A DNA stretch of 64,000 bases from Stylophora pistillata (taxonomy: Eukaryota): the NCBI RefSeq assembly GCF_002571385.2, contig NW_019217855.1, forward strand, positions 507,927 to 571,926. The letters are read 5' to 3'. Position 1 is the stretch's first letter. Each line of letters opens with the position of its first letter. This document shows, one piece after another, positions 60,687-64,000 of this stretch. A program made the position numbers and the translations under genes. The notes beneath the pieces are model-generated. The model had not been told where the DNA came from, ran no database searches, and was given only the letters and a program-made list of their open reading frames with translations.

Positions 60687-62260
60687 GAAATCAAGAGTAA
60701 GAAAAATTAGGGCCACTTGACAGTGCTTTTTAAGAACAAGTTTGATAATTTCAGCGATGTAATATTATGTAAGATTACTTGTTATTAATTCAGAGAGAGA
60801 AGCTTTGTAAAAAGTCCTACAGAGACTTATTAAAGTGAACTCTTGGCAGGGACAACTTATTGTGTGTTTCTGCTTTTCTGTGTTGACTTTCTTATATTGC
60901 TCTACCAAGCTTAGCTTGTCTTTATTGACACAATGCGATTTATTTTCACAATGTGAATGAGCCTCATTTATGACTACGCAAAATAAATTATACTAGAGGA
61001 GCTCGAAGCATGATTAAAAGTGATTTTAAAGTTTTGAGAAAACTGGTTCTAATGGTGAGTTGTCAGTTGTCAAACACAGTGTAAACAAACAACCTTTTAT
61101 GAGCGTTAACCTTGTTAACTCTTACGAGACTGCAACTTGTATCAAATATACTAGGCTATTCTAGCATAAACAGTTTTCCCTTTTTCAGTTCACGGCGCTA
61201 CAGGGGATGGATTGTTTGAAAGTTTCACAAAATTGTCAGTTCCCCTTCGATAACAGCGAAGTTGGAGATTATCTACTCGGCTATCCTTCTTTTTATAATT
61301 GTGACTGCGCTTTACCTGTTGACTTATGTGGACACAGTTTAAAAGAAATTTGTAGTATATCTCTTATATCTATATTTTTAGCTCTGACCTTTTTCTTGAC
61401 CGTGAAGTTGCTTTCTAAGTTTACAGCGAACGCGGAAGTAGACTCACTAGAGTTCACGAAAGGGACTTTGGACTCGTTCAATAACTTTTCAGGTTAGAAC
61501 CTATACATCAAAAGTTGTTTAGTTTATTTAATTGTTTCTAAAATTTAAGGTTAAATGAATTCCACTTGCTCACTAAGACATGTACCATAGAGATCTTGAA
61601 AGTTATGAATGTCTAAGGCTGCACAGATACTATTCTAAAGTCCTTCGAGCACTGAACTCAAGATTGCTTGATTAAGATGTTTGAAATCTCTATTAGCATT
61701 TCTAAACGATCCATTATCACTTTAACCTCAGTAGACACCGATGCGACTCATTCTAACTTTGATCATTTTTTAATGATCAAAGTGGAGGATAAAAAGTCAG
61801 TCCAGCTTGTAAAACCTAGTATTCTATTTTCGCTATTATATGGAAAAAAAGTAAGTTATCTTTGCCGATACATTTCATGGTGTCAGTAAGATTGAGGAGC
61901 CCAGCGACTTTGATAAGCACATCCCGTCGATTGTCAAATTGAAAATTAATAAACGCACCTAAGGAACTGAGTACACCCAGGTCTAGAATTCAATATCTCT
62001 TCCTTGTTTTTGGAAGATAAATAGCGTGTACATATTAAGGTGGCGTAACAACAGATGTGAAGAGGCTTAGCCATTAGTTAACCCGCATAGGGGTTAAGAT
62101 CGTGATTGGCTGGTTGTACTTTAAGAAAAGAAGACCAAATGCAGCATCCTTATATTGACTTCGACTTCGATCCATCATTACTGGCAACGCAGAACTTTGA
62201 ATTCTACAACCTCTTCTAAAAACTAAAACGTTTAATACATAGTTATGAAAAAATTCAGTG

Positions 62261-63715
62261 ATGTTTAACATAACAGCAGTAAACTCCAGCAGAGACAACA
62301 GATCTGGGTTATCGGTGGATATTCCTTCCAAAGCCGAAGGCATCGTTTGGTGTAGAGTTATTGTACTGGAAGCTGCCTGGATTGTCATAGGAAACATACT
62401 CACCATCGTTCTCTTCATTGGTAACAAGAGAGTTCGCAAGAAAAGTCTGTTTCTTGTCATCAATATGGCAGTTGCCGATCTGATGTTAGGAGCTGGGTCT
62501 CTTCCTTTCTATGTTTACCAAATTGGCGGAATCAATTATTATCTCTGGACATCACCAATAGACGTGTATCTAGCATACACCGCTACAATTGCTGATAATG
62601 TTGCTACAGTAGCTTCATTAATGTTTGCGACCTTCATATCCTGTGAGAGATTTTACGCCATCTATCGGCCGTTTCAACACCGAACCCTCACTGAGCGTAC
62701 ATACCTCATTATAATTCTAATGGTGTGGGAAATTACTGCCCTTGAAACTGCCCTATATCTTCTTTTAGCCAACCCCCGTTTTGTTAAACATTATTTTTAT
62801 TGAGATACAATGAAATATATGAAAATCATATATTTTGTACTGCGGTATTAGATACATATGATGCACGATCGTCGCAGTAGATAGCGCTATTTAAGCAATA
62901 GCGAAAATCAGACCTGAAAAAAATCAGACCTGAAAAAAATCAGGCCTGTACGGGATTCGAACCACGGACCTCTGCGATACTAGTGCAGCGCTCTACCAAT
63001 TGAGCTAACAAGCCAACTGGGAGCAGACCGTTAAGTTGATTCGTAATAAACCCGTGAAAGTGATAAATGAGATACAATGAAATATATGAAAATCATATAT
63101 TTTGTACTGCGGTATTAGATACATATGATGCACGATCGTCGCAGTAGATAGCGCTATTTAAGCAATAGCGAAAATCAGACCTGAAAAAAATCAGGCCTGT
63201 ACGGGATTCGAACCACTGACCTCTGCGATACTAGTGCAGCGCTCTACCAATTGAGCTAACAAGCCAACTGGGAGCAGGCATTTTTTTCAGGTCTGATTTT
63301 CGCTATTGCTTAAATAGCGCTATCTGCTGCAAGGATCGTGCATCATATGTATTATTTTTATTATTTGTTGTCTTTGGGTTCGATATCAACTGCTATCATA
63401 TGTGGTTGTAACACTTCTATATGGAGAAACTTTCGACTCGGAACAGTCGCTGGAACACAACATCAAAATAGGGACTTACAAAATAAACGATTGACAAAGA
63501 CTTTGCTGTTTGTTTCTCTTCTTGCCTTGTTTTGTTGGCTTCCATACATAGCTTCAAACAGTTTTGTAGTTCTCACTGATCTGAACATACCGTGGAGATA
63601 TTTGGTGGCTATTAATTTTGTCAATGATTCCAATGCAGTTGTAAATCCAATTGTATATGCATTTAGAATACCAGAGTTTCGACAGGCCTTGGCTCGATCA
63701 GTTCTAAGGCGGTAA
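62261..63715 (+). pseudogene. Tandem paralog GPCR disrupted by SINE-like insertion and C-terminal premature stop
   Basis: High similarity to 59658-60686, including flanks. Insertion at 62802-63350 between TM4 and TM5. TAA at 63713-63715 where the paralog has CGA. Confidence 0.85.
62802..63350 (-). mobile_element. Young tRNA-derived SINE-like element (dimer plus inverted end) with 12-bp TSD
   Basis: attatttttatt at 62790-62801 and 63351-63362. Two near-identical units (~62800-63067, ~63068-63278) with minus-strand tagctcaattggtagagcg...ggttcgaatccc boxes, then an inverted fragment at 63279-63350. Confidence 0.85.
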
Positions 63716-64000
63716 GCTACAGTGAAAGTTGAAAACTTTGAAATAGGGGTTAATAACACATCTGCTTCGACGAAACTGACCCCGCTTAGAACATTAGAAG
63801 GTGATATCAATTTCGATGTGGCAGTTATAGCTACCAGACTTAGAGAAACCAAGAATAAGGAAATTGAGGCCAACTGAAAATGCTTTTTAAGAACAAGTTT
63901 AATAATTTCAGTGTTGTGAGATTCTGTAACTTTACCTGTAATTAATTCAGAGATAGGAGCTTTGAGGAAAGTCCTACAGAGACTTAATAAAGTGAACGCT

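Noticed and set aside
63463-63873. 136-aa minus-strand ORF (also 62074-62463 and 59636-59860)
   Set aside because: Antisense to GPCR coding sequence.

Overview
AT-rich, intron-containing animal genomic DNA. The repeat families and gene set point to a scleractinian coral (inference). I rebuilt gene models by hand from GT-AG sites and phase continuity. (1) A divergent 370-aa ETS transcription factor (+, 2471-5460), followed by a ~15-kb gene-poor region rich in ETS/AP-1/CSL motifs that contains a duplicated, spacing-conserved cis-regulatory module. (2) An SLC35C1-like nucleotide-sugar transporter (-, 25557-29408), head-to-head with (3) ELMOD3 (+, 29852-34828). (4) An orphan two-exon secreted precursor (+, 38736-39988) with a Pro-rich and KYKYKYKKKR core, whose first exon is absent from the ORF track. 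(5) A 16-exon membrane-anchored hexosaminidase D (GH20; -, 42871-54665), with one frame-shifting exon lying inside an exact 883-bp tandem duplication. (6) A single-ORF APE LINE with a signal-like N-terminus and a variant 2A motif (its RT is lost at an assembly N). (7) A tandem pair of class A GPCRs, the second disrupted by a SINE-like insertion. There are many MITEs (hAT5-like, AcademH-like with a RecQ fragment, Kolobok-like, Mutator-like), Penelope remnants with minimal hammerhead ribozyme cores, and an unusual foldback element flanked by 48-bp direct repeats.
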